A stretch of 40,646 nucleotides of DNA from positions 1-40,646 of IMG/VR virus record IMGVR_UViG_3300037457_000051; one strand, given 5' to 3'. Of this stretch, positions 7,804 to 17,849 are shown in pieces. Below the pieces are notes generated by a model. That model worked only from the letters and a program-made list of their open reading frames with translations. It was not told the origin of the DNA and did no database searches. Position 1 is the first letter of the stretch. Every line of letters starts with the position of its first letter. The position numbers were made by a program, and so were the translations under genes. This stretch comes from a virus (Duplodnaviria > Caudoviricetes).

Positions 7804-7994
7804 AAGACGTGAAGGACGCATTGCTCGAGGTTCCCGGCCTAAGCAAGGAGGCGGGCACACAAGCTTTGGATCGAATGATGAAGACGTATTCATCTGGACC
7901 ACCGGAATGCGTGGAATGTGGCAAGCGCCGCGCTGGTGCTCCTCGAGACGTCGATGGGAAATGGTTATGCGGCACCTGCAGGAGGAACCAGTGA
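7800..7994 (+). CDS. Small Zn-ribbon protein
   Basis: CVECG..WLCGTC; GTGA overlaps with both neighbours. Confidence 0.65.
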   Translation: MKDVKDALLEVPGLSKEAGTQALDRMMKTYSSGPPECVECGKRRAGAPRDVDGKWLCGTCRRNQ

Positions 7995-8518
7995 TCTGCA
8001 TAATCCCCGCACGAGGCGGCTCGAAGCGCATCCCGCTGAAGAACCGGCAGTGCGTCGGAGGCTTGCCGCTCTGGGAACGCGCAATGAAGACCGCTCTTGC
8101 GGCTGGCGTCTTTTCCAACGTCCTTGTTTCAAGCGACGACCCAATGATTTTGGAGGACGCTGGCCGACACGCTTTGAAGCGCCCAGCTGAGTTAGCCACT
8201 GACGACGCAACGACTTTGTCTGTCGTCATGCATGCTCTGGAATGGAATGGAAGAACTCTGGCTGCGGTGCTGCAATGCACGACGCCGGAGATGCAGGCCA
8301 CGGATATTGAGGACGCCATTCGCGTTGTGCGAGAGTATGACGAGTTCGCTGTGTGCACAGTGAACAGCGACGGCCGGCGCAATGGATTCTATGTGTCCTA
8401 CGAGTGGCATCCGCGCATGTGGGAGTCGTACATCGCGAGTCAAACGCCAGCGGATTACATCGACATCAACACTCCCGAGGACCTCGAGGAAGTACGGAGG
8501 CGTTTTGCTACCGCGTGA
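7991..8518 (+). CDS. neuA: CMP-nonulosonate synthetase (acylneuraminate cytidylyltransferase)
   Basis: CIIPARGGSKRIPLKN, VSSDD, KRPAELATD, LQCTTP, IDINTPED; GGAGG before the GTG at 7991. Confidence 0.92.
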   Translation: MICIIPARGGSKRIPLKNRQCVGGLPLWERAMKTALAAGVFSNVLVSSDDPMILEDAGRHALKRPAELATDDATTLSVVMHALEWNGRTLAAVLQCTTPEMQATDIEDAIRVVREYDEFAVCTVNSDGRRNGFYVSYEWHPRMWESYIASQTPADYIDINTPEDLEEVRRRFATA

Positions 8519-9839
8519 CACGCTCATCTTGGCAGGCTCCGACGCGGCACACGGCGAGGCTAAGCAGCGCTTCCAAGCTCACGCTGTCCTGCGTCGCGAC
8601 AAGCTTACGGAGGAGGACTACGCTGCCTGGAGCAAGCTCACCCTGCGCGAGCCGGGCGTGCTCGTGCTCGACGGCTCCGACGAGTTGCAGCGACAGGTGG
8701 ACGAGCTTGCCGAGCGCAGCGCGCAAAACAGAATCACGAGCCAGCTGCGGTCACGCACCTGGGCCGAGCATCTGTTGCGCAATCTGCACTACCTCTGGGA
8801 GTGCCCGTGCGTGATGGTCGGCACGACAGTGCCACCGGTGCCCGCGTTCGTCGTCGGCGCAGGGCCGAGCCTCGAGCGGAATCATCGGCTGCTCGAACGC
8901 GTGCGAGAGAACGGCCTGGTGATTGCGGTCAACTCCGCCACCAAGTGGGTGCCGGCGCACGTCGCGGTGTGCATCGAGAGCAACGACATCCGCCACAAGC
9001 TCTCGCTCGTCGAAGAGCGGCGCGCATTCAGTCTCATCTGCGACCCTGAGCTCATGGCGTGCCCAGGCGGACAGCTTCTGCCGCTCTGGAATGGCGAGCT
9101 CGGGGGACTCATCGAACAGCTCACTGGCGTGCCGCGGCTGGTTACCTCTGGCTCCGGTACCACCGCGGCCGTCAGCCTCGCTAGGCGCCTCGGGTGCTCG
9201 CCGATCGTGCTCGTAGGCCAAGACCTGGCGTGGACTGATGGGCGTGTCTACGCGGGCACTGGCAGCGCTCACGAGGCCGACGGGCGAGTGCGTCTCGACT
9301 GGGGCACGTTGCCGGACCATCGACGCGCCGACCCGTTGCCGACCGAGCTCGACGCGCGCACAGCGCCGGCGTGGGGTGGAGGCGGAGCGGAGGTACTCAC
9401 CTCGCCTCCGTTCCTCGGCGTGCGTGACTGGCTCTCGCGATGGGCGGACATTCACCACGACGTGCGCACGTACAACTGCACCCAGGGTGGCCTGCATATC
9501 CCCGGTTGGGCCGACGTGGAGTTGCGCGACGTCGTCTCGGCTCTGCCGCCCGTGAGCTCGCAGCTCATGGCGTCGCCGCCCGTGCCGCAGCATCTCGTCG
9601 CCAACTGGGTGCGCGCGCAGGCCGAGCTACTGCGTGACTCTCCGGAGGACTCGATGCTGCTCGACTACTACCTGGCCGAGCAGACCATCACGCTACTCGA
9701 CGAATGGAGGCACCGTGGAAGAACCGACCATCTCGACCAAGTCGAAGAACTGTTCTCAGAGCTGCTACGCGACGGAGCCCGAGCTCTCGGGGCCGTCTTG
9801 GATTCGGTGTCTGAGGGAGTCGCTAAGGAGAGCGCGTGA
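8505..9839 (+). CDS. Maf-family (DUF115 / motility-associated factor) nonulosonate glycosyltransferase
   Basis: AFVVGAGPSL, VIAVNSA, SGSGTTAAVSLARRLGCSPIVLVGQDLAW, YNCTQGG. TTG start inferred from the upstream GGAGG. Confidence 0.85.
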   Translation: MLPRDTLILAGSDAAHGEAKQRFQAHAVLRRDKLTEEDYAAWSKLTLREPGVLVLDGSDELQRQVDELAERSAQNRITSQLRSRTWAEHLLRNLHYLWECPCVMVGTTVPPVPAFVVGAGPSLERNHRLLERVRENGLVIAVNSATKWVPAHVAVCIESNDIRHKLSLVEERRAFSLICDPELMACPGGQLLPLWNGELGGLIEQLTGVPRLVTSGSGTTAAVSLARRLGCSPIVLVGQDLAWTDGRVYAGTGSAHEADGRVRLDWGTLPDHRRADPLPTELDARTAPAWGGGGAEVLTSPPFLGVRDWLSRWADIHHDVRTYNCTQGGLHIPGWADVELRDVVSALPPVSSQLMASPPVPQHLVANWVRAQAELLRDSPEDSMLLDYYLAEQTITLLDEWRHRGRTDHLDQVEELFSELLRDGARALGAVLDSVSEGVAKESA

Positions 9840-10186
9840 TGCCCAAAACAGAACTGGAAGCTGAACTCGGCGTGCATCGAGGGCCTGTAACCAAGTACTG
9901 CCACCTGACCTTTGCCGAGCTCGCGGCACTTGCTCCCGAGCAAGCCAAGGCTGTGCTGCTCGAGCGCGCGGAGCAGGCGTACAGGCGAGCCATGGATCGC
10001 TCTTCTCAAAACAAGAAGGGCGAGACGGTCTCGAATCCCGACATGCACGGTGCGATGCATGTCATGGGTTTCGTGGCGCAACTACTCGGGCTCATGGAGC
10101 ACAGGCAGCAGAAGGGCGCGCGAAAAAAGGTGGCGGACTTGGCTGCCGAGGCGCCGTGGCTGCAGAAAGAGACGACCGATGGATAA
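9839..10186 (+). CDS. Hypothetical protein (possible terminase small subunit)
   Basis: Helical ORF upstream of TerL; the assignment is positional only. Confidence 0.5.
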   Translation: MPKTELEAELGVHRGPVTKYCHLTFAELAALAPEQAKAVLLERAEQAYRRAMDRSSQNKKGETVSNPDMHGAMHVMGFVAQLLGLMEHRQQKGARKKVADLAAEAPWLQKETTDG

Positions 10187-10577
10187 GGCCATCAAGCTCA
10201 CTGCGGCGCAGCGTGCGAAGTTGATGCAGCTCGAGCTCCTGCAACACAGGCGTGCTGCTCGTGTGCACCGAGCGCGAGGTCGACTGTTCGTCGGCGCCGC
10301 TCCGACCGCCGAGTGCGCTGCAGAGCGCAGCAAGCTGTTTCGCGAATGGGAAAAGGTAATTGAATTTTACGAGGCGAAGCATCGCGACAATCTGCTCCGA
10401 CACTTGCGCGACATGTACGAGCGACCAGACTCGGACAAGAGCGCGCGCCAGATGCGGTTCATTCGCGACGTCGAGGAACTCAGGGACTTCGAGGCGAAGG
10501 AGTGGGAGCGCCTCAAAGAAAAGGGCGGCAAGCGTGCGGGTACATGGCGTAGCGCGAGCAGGAAGCGGAGAAGGTGA
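10179..10577 (+). CDS. Hypothetical protein
   Basis: MDKAIKLTAAQ..; overlaps neighbours. Confidence 0.6.
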   Translation: MDKAIKLTAAQRAKLMQLELLQHRRAARVHRARGRLFVGAAPTAECAAERSKLFREWEKVIEFYEAKHRDNLLRHLRDMYERPDSDKSARQMRFIRDVEELRDFEAKEWERLKEKGGKRAGTWRSASRKRRR

Positions 10578-10798
10578 TGGAAATAACAGGTGGTCCTCAG
10601 GGCTCTAAAAAAACACAGCTGAAAGATGATGAGCAACTCCTGTGTGTTCTGTGCCGTCGATGCGCGACGCTGTTTTTGCACACGCTTGGCGAGAGGTTCA
10701 TCCATCGTTGCAAAGAGGGTGCTGACAGAATCGATAATACGGAATTTGTTCGGGTTCAAATCATCGCGGCAGCAGACAGCGATCGTGCGCATCGATGA
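10574..10798 (+). CDS. Hypothetical protein
   Basis: GTGA/ATGA overlaps at both ends. Confidence 0.45.
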   Translation: MMEITGGPQGSKKTQLKDDEQLLCVLCRRCATLFLHTLGERFIHRCKEGADRIDNTEFVRVQIIAAADSDRAHR

Positions 10799-12333
10799 TG
10801 TCGTTCGTCTCCTTCTGCGACTTTCTCGGCGTGACGCTCGAACCGGGACAGCGCGAGCTCGTGCGTGTGGCGTTCGACGGCGAGCAGCCGGAAGGTCGGC
10901 TTGGAGAGTTGATATTCGGCTCACTGGAGCCTATTCCGCAAAGCGCACGCGGGGTGCTCTGCGCAGTGTGCGGCGCGCGCAGCGGCAAGACCTACGTGCT
11001 CGGAGCGCTACGCCTCCTGCACCAGTCACTGACGACGCCTCTCGAGACGCTCGCTCCGGGCGAGCAGGCGATCGGGCTCATCGTCGCCCCGGACATGAGG
11101 CTAGCGCGCCAGGCGCTGAGCTACGTCAAAGGGGCGTGCCGCATGCGCAAGCAACTGAGCGCACTGGTCGTCGCCGAGACTGCCGACAGCATCACGCTGC
11201 GCCGTCCAGAGGGTGGCGTCGTGGCAATCGAATGTCTGCCGGCCACTGCTGGAGGCGGCGCCGTCCGCGGTCGTTCGCTCGTCGGAGCGCTGCTCGACGA
11301 AGCGGCGTTCTTCCGCGACGACTCGTACAAGGTCAATGACGCCGAGATCTTCAAGGCTGTGCATCCCCGCATGCTGCCGGGCGCGCAGCTCGTCATCGCC
11401 TCGACACCGTGGGTGAAGAAAGGTCTGCTCTATGAGCTGTATCGCGGAAATTACGGAAAACACCAGACAGCTGTCGCCGCTCATGCACCGACATTGCTCC
11501 TGCGGGACGTGCCTCTCACTCGCGAGATCGTCGAACGAGAGAGACAGCTCGACCCTGACAATGCTCGACGAGAATTCGACGCCGAGTTTATGGATCTTGA
11601 TGCTCAAGCATTCTTCGATTCCCGCGCTATTGAGCGCAGTGTCGATCCCAAGCTCGTCCTGCCTCTGTCGTACGATCCGGATGCTTGCACCGCAGTCGGC
11701 TCAGACTTCGCTTTTCGGCACGACTCAAGCGCGCTAGTGGCCGTGGCGCGCGATCGTGCACTGTACCGCGTAGCAAACGTGCTCGAATTGCGACCGACAG
11801 AGGGCCCACTGGTGCCCAGTGCCGTCGTCGGAGTGTTTGCACGCATTGCGCGCGGCTACCAATGCGAAGGCGTCGTAGCAGACTCTCACTATCGCGAGTC
11901 AATTTCGGAGCACCTCGACCAGCATGACCTGCTGCTCTTCAGCGCGCCCGAGGGCGTCACTGGCAAAAACTCCACCTTTACGAAATTCAGAACACTGCTT
12001 CACGGTGGCAAGTTTCGGTTGCCCGAGCACACGCGGCTGATCCGCCAGCTGCGCGAAGTGCAGGCGAAGCCGACTGCGGGCGGACAGATCTCCATCCAAA
12101 GCCCACGGTGGAAGACCGGCGGCCACGGCGACTTGGTGTCGGCGCTTGTTCTGGCGACAGATTACTGTCACAAGCACGTCTTCCCGGACATCCCTGCAGC
12201 GCTACCGCAAGCCGGGTCCGTGGAATTCTATCAGCGGCAATCTGAGATTCGGAAAGAACGGAAAATCAAACGCGCCAAGGAAGCGCAGGACTGGGACGAA
12301 TACCTACAGGAGTGTGATTGGCATGAGACGTAA
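10795..12333 (+). CDS. terL: Terminase large subunit
   Basis: Walker A CGARSGKT, Walker B ALLDEAAF, coupling motif IASTP, nuclease motifs GSDFAFRHD and GHGDLVSA. Confidence 0.93.
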   Translation: MMSFVSFCDFLGVTLEPGQRELVRVAFDGEQPEGRLGELIFGSLEPIPQSARGVLCAVCGARSGKTYVLGALRLLHQSLTTPLETLAPGEQAIGLIVAPDMRLARQALSYVKGACRMRKQLSALVVAETADSITLRRPEGGVVAIECLPATAGGGAVRGRSLVGALLDEAAFFRDDSYKVNDAEIFKAVHPRMLPGAQLVIASTPWVKKGLLYELYRGNYGKHQTAVAAHAPTLLLRDVPLTREIVERERQLDPDNARREFDAEFMDLDAQAFFDSRAIERSVDPKLVLPLSYDPDACTAVGSDFAFRHDSSALVAVARDRALYRVANVLELRPTEGPLVPSAVVGVFARIARGYQCEGVVADSHYRESISEHLDQHDLLLFSAPEGVTGKNSTFTKFRTLLHGGKFRLPEHTRLIRQLREVQAKPTAGGQISIQSPRWKTGGHGDLVSALVLATDYCHKHVFPDIPAALPQAGSVEFYQRQSEIRKERKIKRAKEAQDWDEYLQECDWHET

Positions 12334-12565
12334 GCTGGAAATTGGCGAAAGCGTGATGTTCGACGAGTCGGTGCGCCTCGGGCGGTCGATGGAGTCGCTG
12401 CACGAGGGCAAGAAAGACAACGTCGAGGTCGATTGGCGACTCCGGATCGTCATCGTTCGGCAAAAGAGCGGAAAGACAGTGGTGATTCCGTTCGAAAACG
12501 TTCGGTTCATCACCGCGGAGCCGCCGGCAGAAACTCCTACGCGCGCGCGTGAGGCAGGCAGATAA
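12323..12565 (+). CDS. Hypothetical protein
   Basis: MRRKLEIG..KTVVIPFENVRFI; overlaps the end of TerL. Confidence 0.65.
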   Translation: MRRKLEIGESVMFDESVRLGRSMESLHEGKKDNVEVDWRLRIVIVRQKSGKTVVIPFENVRFITAEPPAETPTRAREAGR

Positions 12566-12567
12566 TT

Positions 12568-12604
12568 TTGACAAGGGATTTGTTTTCGAACACCCTGAGA
12601 CGCG
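12568..12604 (+). promoter_or_regulatory. Possible leaderless promoter upstream of head genes
   Basis: TTGACA-17 nt-CACCCT-8 nt-ATG in an AT-rich gap; weak -10. Confidence 0.4.
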
Positions 12605-12811
12605 ATGGGTCTGGACCAAACACTCGCGCTGCTCGGCAAATACGGCCTGACAGGGCGCGTGACTCGGATCGAAAGCGACGACGGCGTCGTGGAGCTCGCT
12701 CCCGAGCGACCCGCGGCGCCCAAAGCAGAGACCGAGCAGCTGAGCCCAGAGCACGCACGCGAATTGCTGGAGCGCGAGTGGTATCACTCGAGCGAAGGCG
12801 GGCCGTCATGA
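12605..12811 (+). CDS. Hypothetical protein
   Basis: Plausible ORF between TerL and portal. Confidence 0.6.
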   Translation: MGLDQTLALLGKYGLTGRVTRIESDDGVVELAPERPAAPKAETEQLSPEHARELLEREWYHSSEGGPS

Positions 12812-12847
12812 GGCCGATGGCAAAGGAGTCTGCGGTGAGTCTGCACG

Positions 12848-14722
12848 TTGGCGCACGACCTACGATGGGAGCGGGCCGAACGGTCTGAACTCCCGAGTGC
12901 TGTCATCGCCGCCGCCGACCGCGTGAGCGATCGGCAGAGCTATCGCCGCGGACAGCTGATTCATTACCTGCGGCTCTACGGAGATCGCGCCATCCAGGGT
13001 TGGGTTGGCTCGAGCGCGGCAGGCTACCCGACAGCACGGCGTACGCTCGGCTCTGGGCCGACAGATGGGCGTCGCTTGTCGCTCAATGTCGTTCGGAACA
13101 TGGTGGACGCCGCGACGAGCAAGCTCGTCAAGGGCAGGCCGCGTCCTCAGAACCTAACAAGCGCCGGCGACTACACGCTGCAACGTGTCGCCGAGCTTCG
13201 GGACAAGTTTATCGAGGGGCACTTTCACGCGGGCGACTTTTGGCAGCTCCGTCAACGCTGCATCAAGAACATGGCGTTGCTCGGCACGGGCGTGATGTAC
13301 GTGCTCGAGCACTGGGGACAGGTGCGATACGAATACGTGTTCCCGGGCGAGGTCCTCGTTGACGACGCTGAGGGCATCTACGGCGAGCCGCGCAATCTGT
13401 ACCGGCAGCGGTGTGTGGATCGTACCGTGCTCATGGAGCGATATCCGCGCGCTCGTGCAGCAATCGAGAATGCTGCTCCGGCCGACAATCGGTACTTCGG
13501 GCGCGACCAGCAGTCTGACCAGGTCCTGGTAACTCAGGCCTGGCACTTGCCGAGTGGGCCGAAGGCGAACGACGGGCGCGCTTGTGCAGTCGTCGACGGT
13601 GAAGTGCTCTACGAATCCAAGTGGAAGCGTGAGTCGTTTCCGTTTCTGTTTTGGAGATGGAGTGACGAGCCGCTCGGGTTCTGGGGCGTCGGGTTGGCCG
13701 AGCAGCTGTCGGGCATTCAGCTCGAGATCAATCAGCTGCTCCGGATGATCCAAAACAACATGTACCTTGGTGGAAACATCAAGGTCATGATCGAGCGCGG
13801 CTCGCGAGTGGTTGACGCGCAGATCAGCAACGCTTTGCGCGGCGTGCTGGTCGAATACACGGGGACGCCGCCGCAGTTTCACGTGCACGACGTCATCACC
13901 AATCAGGTCATCCAACACCTGCAGACCCTCATCCAAAGCGCGTACGAAATCAGCGGCATCTCGCAACTCAGCGCTTCCGGGCAGCTTCCGGCGAACATGG
14001 CCGGCTCGGGGCGGGCTCAGCTCGTCTATCACAACATCGAGTCAGAGCGATTCATTACCGTCGGACGCAATGACGAGCGCGCAGTGATGCAGGCCGGCGA
14101 GCAAACGCTCGAATGTGCGCGCGACATTCTCAAACGAGACGGCTCGTACAAGGTCTTTTACCACGACAAGAACTGGATCGAGGAAGTCGACGCCAAGGAG
14201 GCTCTGCAGGAGGTCGGCACCTTCGAGATGACGGTCACCCCTGCGTCGCAGTTGCCGCACGACTATGCGGGTCGTGTTGCGTTTGCCGAACAGATGGAGG
14301 CTCGTGGCTGGCTCGACCAAGACGAAGCGATCGACGTCGCGGATCTGCCGGACATCAAGCGCTTGTCGAAAATGAAGCTGTCGAGCCAGAAGCTCATCGA
14401 CAAGGCAATCGAAATGGTCCTTGAGCGCGGTGAATACATTCCGCCGATCCCGCGAATGAACCTGCAGATGGCAATCCAGCGCGCGACGAACGCGTTCGTC
14501 CACGCCTACCTGCAGAAGTATCCGCCAGAGCGACTCGACCTGCTCAATGACTGGATCGAGCAGTGCCAGGACCAGCTCCAGGCCGCCACAGAACCTGCCC
14601 CGGGTGCGTCAGCTCTCCCCGCTGAGTCGTCGGAAGCCGCACCCATCGTTTCGCCAGACGCTGCGCCCGGGGCGCCTATTCCACCGGAGGCGCTGCCTCC
14701 ACCGCAAGGACCGCTCAACTGA
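12848..14722 (+). CDS. Portal protein
   Basis: 624 aa after TerL; LNVVRNMVD, GTGVMYV, FPFLFWRW..GFWGVGLAEQL..IQLEINQL, AYEISGISQLS resemble P22/podoviral-type portals. Confidence 0.85.
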   Translation: MAHDLRWERAERSELPSAVIAAADRVSDRQSYRRGQLIHYLRLYGDRAIQGWVGSSAAGYPTARRTLGSGPTDGRRLSLNVVRNMVDAATSKLVKGRPRPQNLTSAGDYTLQRVAELRDKFIEGHFHAGDFWQLRQRCIKNMALLGTGVMYVLEHWGQVRYEYVFPGEVLVDDAEGIYGEPRNLYRQRCVDRTVLMERYPRARAAIENAAPADNRYFGRDQQSDQVLVTQAWHLPSGPKANDGRACAVVDGEVLYESKWKRESFPFLFWRWSDEPLGFWGVGLAEQLSGIQLEINQLLRMIQNNMYLGGNIKVMIERGSRVVDAQISNALRGVLVEYTGTPPQFHVHDVITNQVIQHLQTLIQSAYEISGISQLSASGQLPANMAGSGRAQLVYHNIESERFITVGRNDERAVMQAGEQTLECARDILKRDGSYKVFYHDKNWIEEVDAKEALQEVGTFEMTVTPASQLPHDYAGRVAFAEQMEARGWLDQDEAIDVADLPDIKRLSKMKLSSQKLIDKAIEMVLERGEYIPPIPRMNLQMAIQRATNAFVHAYLQKYPPERLDLLNDWIEQCQDQLQAATEPAPGASALPAESSEAAPIVSPDAAPGAPIPPEALPPPQGPLN

Positions 14723-15720
14723 TGGCCGAGCCTGCTGTAACGCAAACCGAACAAGCTCAACCGCAAGAGCCGACGCCGGCCGGTGAAGAAGATGTTCGTG
14801 CGTGGATTGGCGCCGGCCGCGGCAGGAAAGCTATCGAAGGCCATTCGGAGGGCGCGCCTGGCACTCCTGCTGATACGCCTGATTCTGCTGAGGCTAAGGA
14901 GGCCTCGAGCGAGGGAGAAAAATCGGAGCCGGAGAAGGAAAAGACTCCGGACCAGAAGCACCAGGAGCGTTTAGACAAGGGCTTTGCAGAGCTCAAGCGA
15001 CAGAAAAAAGAGGTAGCCAAGCGCGACCGGCTCATCCAGTCGCGCGAGGCGACGCTGGCAGAGGCGCAGCGTGAGCTGCAGACCGAGCGCGAGCTCCTGA
15101 AGTCAGATCCGTACGCGTTCATGCGCCGGCACGGTATCAGTGCACGCGACGTTGCAAAAAAAGCCATCGACGAGCAGGAGACTCCCGAGCAGCAGACACT
15201 GCGCGAGCTCAAGTCGTCCAATGACGAGCTGAAACGCGAAATCGAAGAACTGCGCGGCTACCGTCAGAAAACAGAACAGGACACCGAGCAGCAACAGAAC
15301 CAGCGGATCGTCCAAGGATTCATCAAGGAATCTGCGGACGATTACCCGATGCTGCTCGACGAGAATCCGGCAGAGATCTTGGCGGCGCTAGAGACCGTGT
15401 ACGAACGCGACTACAAGCCCGCTGGATTGTCGCTTGACCGCGACGCACTGCAGGAGATCCTTGCAGGATTCGAGACTAACCTCCGCTCCAAGGCGGAGTC
15501 GCTAGCGCAGCGTCTGGCTGCGAAAAAACCAGGCGGGCCCGCGCAAGCGAGCCCCTCCGAGCGTGGAAACGGAGCCGTAGAGCCGGCGAAACCCGAGGCG
15601 ACAGAAGCGCCGCAAGCATTGTCGAACCTCGACGCAGCTTCGCGCGCCACTCCCCCGCGGCCGTTGACTCGGCAAGAGCGGGCGGAGCGCGCTGCGCAGA
15701 AGCTCCGCTTCGTTTCATGA
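14722..15720 (+). CDS. Capsid scaffolding protein
   Basis: Acidic, coiled-coil protein between portal and capsid. Confidence 0.75.
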   Translation: MAEPAVTQTEQAQPQEPTPAGEEDVRAWIGAGRGRKAIEGHSEGAPGTPADTPDSAEAKEASSEGEKSEPEKEKTPDQKHQERLDKGFAELKRQKKEVAKRDRLIQSREATLAEAQRELQTERELLKSDPYAFMRRHGISARDVAKKAIDEQETPEQQTLRELKSSNDELKREIEELRGYRQKTEQDTEQQQNQRIVQGFIKESADDYPMLLDENPAEILAALETVYERDYKPAGLSLDRDALQEILAGFETNLRSKAESLAQRLAAKKPGGPAQASPSERGNGAVEPAKPEATEAPQALSNLDAASRATPPRPLTRQERAERAAQKLRFVS

Positions 15721-15737
15721 CCACCTAGGAGAAACTC

Positions 15738-16967
15738 ATGTCCGCAGTAGATGCCTCATCTTTCGATGCGGCGTTGAAGGAGTTCTATTCCGCGGAAGGG
15801 ATCAACGACGTCACCTACCCGGAGAATCCGTGGTTCGCCCTCTGTCCGAAAAAGACGGACGCAGGCGGCAAACGGTACGTCCAGCCCATCCAGTACGGAA
15901 TTCCCAACGGCCGCAGCCGTACGTTCAGTACGGCGCAAGCAAACAAGTCCACCAACAAATACGAAGACTTCTTCGTCACGTACGCCGACAACTTCGGCGT
16001 CATCTCCATCACCCGAAAGGTGATGAAACAGTCTGCTGGTGCCGGCAAAAAGGCATTCTTCGAAGCGCGTCAGCGCGAAGTCGACGGAATGCTCGACAAG
16101 CTGATTCGTGGTGAAGCGATCAGCATGTACCGCGGTTCCGGCGGTTCCATCGGGCAGATCAGCGCTGGCTACACGTCAGGAACCACGTTCACGCTCAATG
16201 ACATCGAGGAGATTAGCAACTTCGAAGTCGGCGACGTGCTCGTGTTTTCCGCCAACGACGGCGACACCGCTTCCGATACTCTGATTGGCGGCGGAACACC
16301 AACGACCGCAACGGTTACCGGTGTTGATCGTGACGCTGGCACCGTCACAGTCAACGACGCAACCGGTCTTGCGGCCTCGCGGTACCTGTTCATCGAGGGC
16401 GACTTCCAGAACTCGATCGCGGGCTTGCTCGCTTGGATTCCGACGACGGCGCCGACATCTGGAGACTCGTTCTTTGGGGTCGATCGCTCGAGTGACTCGC
16501 GTCTGTACGGTTCGCGCGTCACCGCCACGAACGTGTCGATTGCCGAGGCAATCCGGATCGGCATTGCGCGTCTCGGGCGCGAAGGTGCTTCGCCGGACCT
16601 GTGTCTGATGAACCACCTCAAATTCCGAGACCTGCAACTCGAGCTCGGAAACAAGGTCGTGTACAACGACTTGAAGTCCACGGACGCCAGGATCGGCTTC
16701 AAGTCGATCATGTTCACCGGTAGTCGAAGCAAGAACGTTGATTGCGTCGCTGACCAGAACTGTCTGGACGACAACATCTTCCTTCTGACGAAGGACACCT
16801 GGAAGCTCGTCTCGCTCGGCCCTGTCCCGGACATGGTTGACGACGACGGCGTTACGATGCTGCGCGAAGTCTCTGCCGCTGGGTACGAGGTACGTGCAGA
16901 TTCTTACTGCAACCTGTCGTGCGACGACCCGCGCGCCAATTGCGTCATAACCGTGGAGAGCGACTAA
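15738..16967 (+). CDS. Major capsid protein
   Basis: 409 aa after the scaffold; AGGAG SD; FDAALKEFY N-terminus; position, size and codon bias fit. Confidence 0.85.
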   Translation: MSAVDASSFDAALKEFYSAEGINDVTYPENPWFALCPKKTDAGGKRYVQPIQYGIPNGRSRTFSTAQANKSTNKYEDFFVTYADNFGVISITRKVMKQSAGAGKKAFFEARQREVDGMLDKLIRGEAISMYRGSGGSIGQISAGYTSGTTFTLNDIEEISNFEVGDVLVFSANDGDTASDTLIGGGTPTTATVTGVDRDAGTVTVNDATGLAASRYLFIEGDFQNSIAGLLAWIPTTAPTSGDSFFGVDRSSDSRLYGSRVTATNVSIAEAIRIGIARLGREGASPDLCLMNHLKFRDLQLELGNKVVYNDLKSTDARIGFKSIMFTGSRSKNVDCVADQNCLDDNIFLLTKDTWKLVSLGPVPDMVDDDGVTMLREVSAAGYEVRADSYCNLSCDDPRANCVITVESD

Positions 16968-17464
16968 TGGCACTCACTGTCAAACAGCTGCGCCAGCGCT
17001 TGCGCGGGATTTTCGGAGACGCGGAGGATTCAAGCCGCGACGTCGAAAACCTCGCGGCTACAATGCAGGGGCAGCTCGTCACGTACCGAAACAGCGAGGC
17101 GAACGGGACGATTACTGCATTCGTGCAGCAAGTCGTGTTCACAGCGGTGAACAAGTGCCGGTTGGTGTCCGCACGTTACGTGCAGTCTATTAGCAGCTCT
17201 GTGTCTGCGACGGACGCCTATCGGTTGCTGCTCATCAAACGCAAGGCACCCTCGTGGTCCCTTACGTTTCTGGCCGCGTACCTCACTGCCAGCACTGATG
17301 GCTTGGAGGTCAACCTGGCCGGGGCATCCAATCCTCTGACACTGAGTTCGCTCAGCGCAGAGTTTGAAATGGCTCCAGGCGACACGCTCAGTCTGGAAGC
17401 TGATGGTGGCGGGGCTACTGTCGAGGCCGTCCCGCAGGGTCTGCTGGTGTTGGAGATCGGCTAA
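16967..17464 (+). CDS. Virion structural protein (head decoration-like)
   Basis: TAATG coupling to the capsid gene; beta-rich C-terminus. Confidence 0.6.
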   Translation: MALTVKQLRQRLRGIFGDAEDSSRDVENLAATMQGQLVTYRNSEANGTITAFVQQVVFTAVNKCRLVSARYVQSISSSVSATDAYRLLLIKRKAPSWSLTFLAAYLTASTDGLEVNLAGASNPLTLSSLSAEFEMAPGDTLSLEADGGGATVEAVPQGLLVLEIG

Positions 17465-17847
17465 TGGCTGGAGGTAAGTCCCTCTACTCAGAGGCCTACT
17501 ACAAGAACCCCGCTCGGCAGGTCTACGAGGGCTCTTTCGAGACTGACGGATCAGGCGCGCCCATCAATCTGGTGGGCGCGGGCTTCTCGGTCAGTACCCC
17601 CTCCACAGGCGTCTACACGATCACTCTGACGGACGGCCCGTTCAAACGGGTGATTACGGCAGAGGCCTGGCTGGAGGAGGACCTCACCAGCTCGTCGAAG
17701 CGCGCGTTCGTCAAGGACGCGCAACTGCTGCTCACGACCAAGACGTTCGAGGTAGTCACCCAGAGCCAGGCGGGGACGGCCGCCAACCTGAATGGCCCTC
17801 GAGTAAATTTCCGAGTCGTGGTCAGCGCTAGCGCGGTGAGCAGGTAA
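17464..17847 (+). CDS. Virion structural protein
   Basis: TGVYTIT-type beta domain within the structural operon. Confidence 0.6.
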   Translation: MAGGKSLYSEAYYKNPARQVYEGSFETDGSGAPINLVGAGFSVSTPSTGVYTITLTDGPFKRVITAEAWLEEDLTSSSKRAFVKDAQLLLTTKTFEVVTQSQAGTAANLNGPRVNFRVVVSASAVSR

Positions 17848-17849
17848 TC

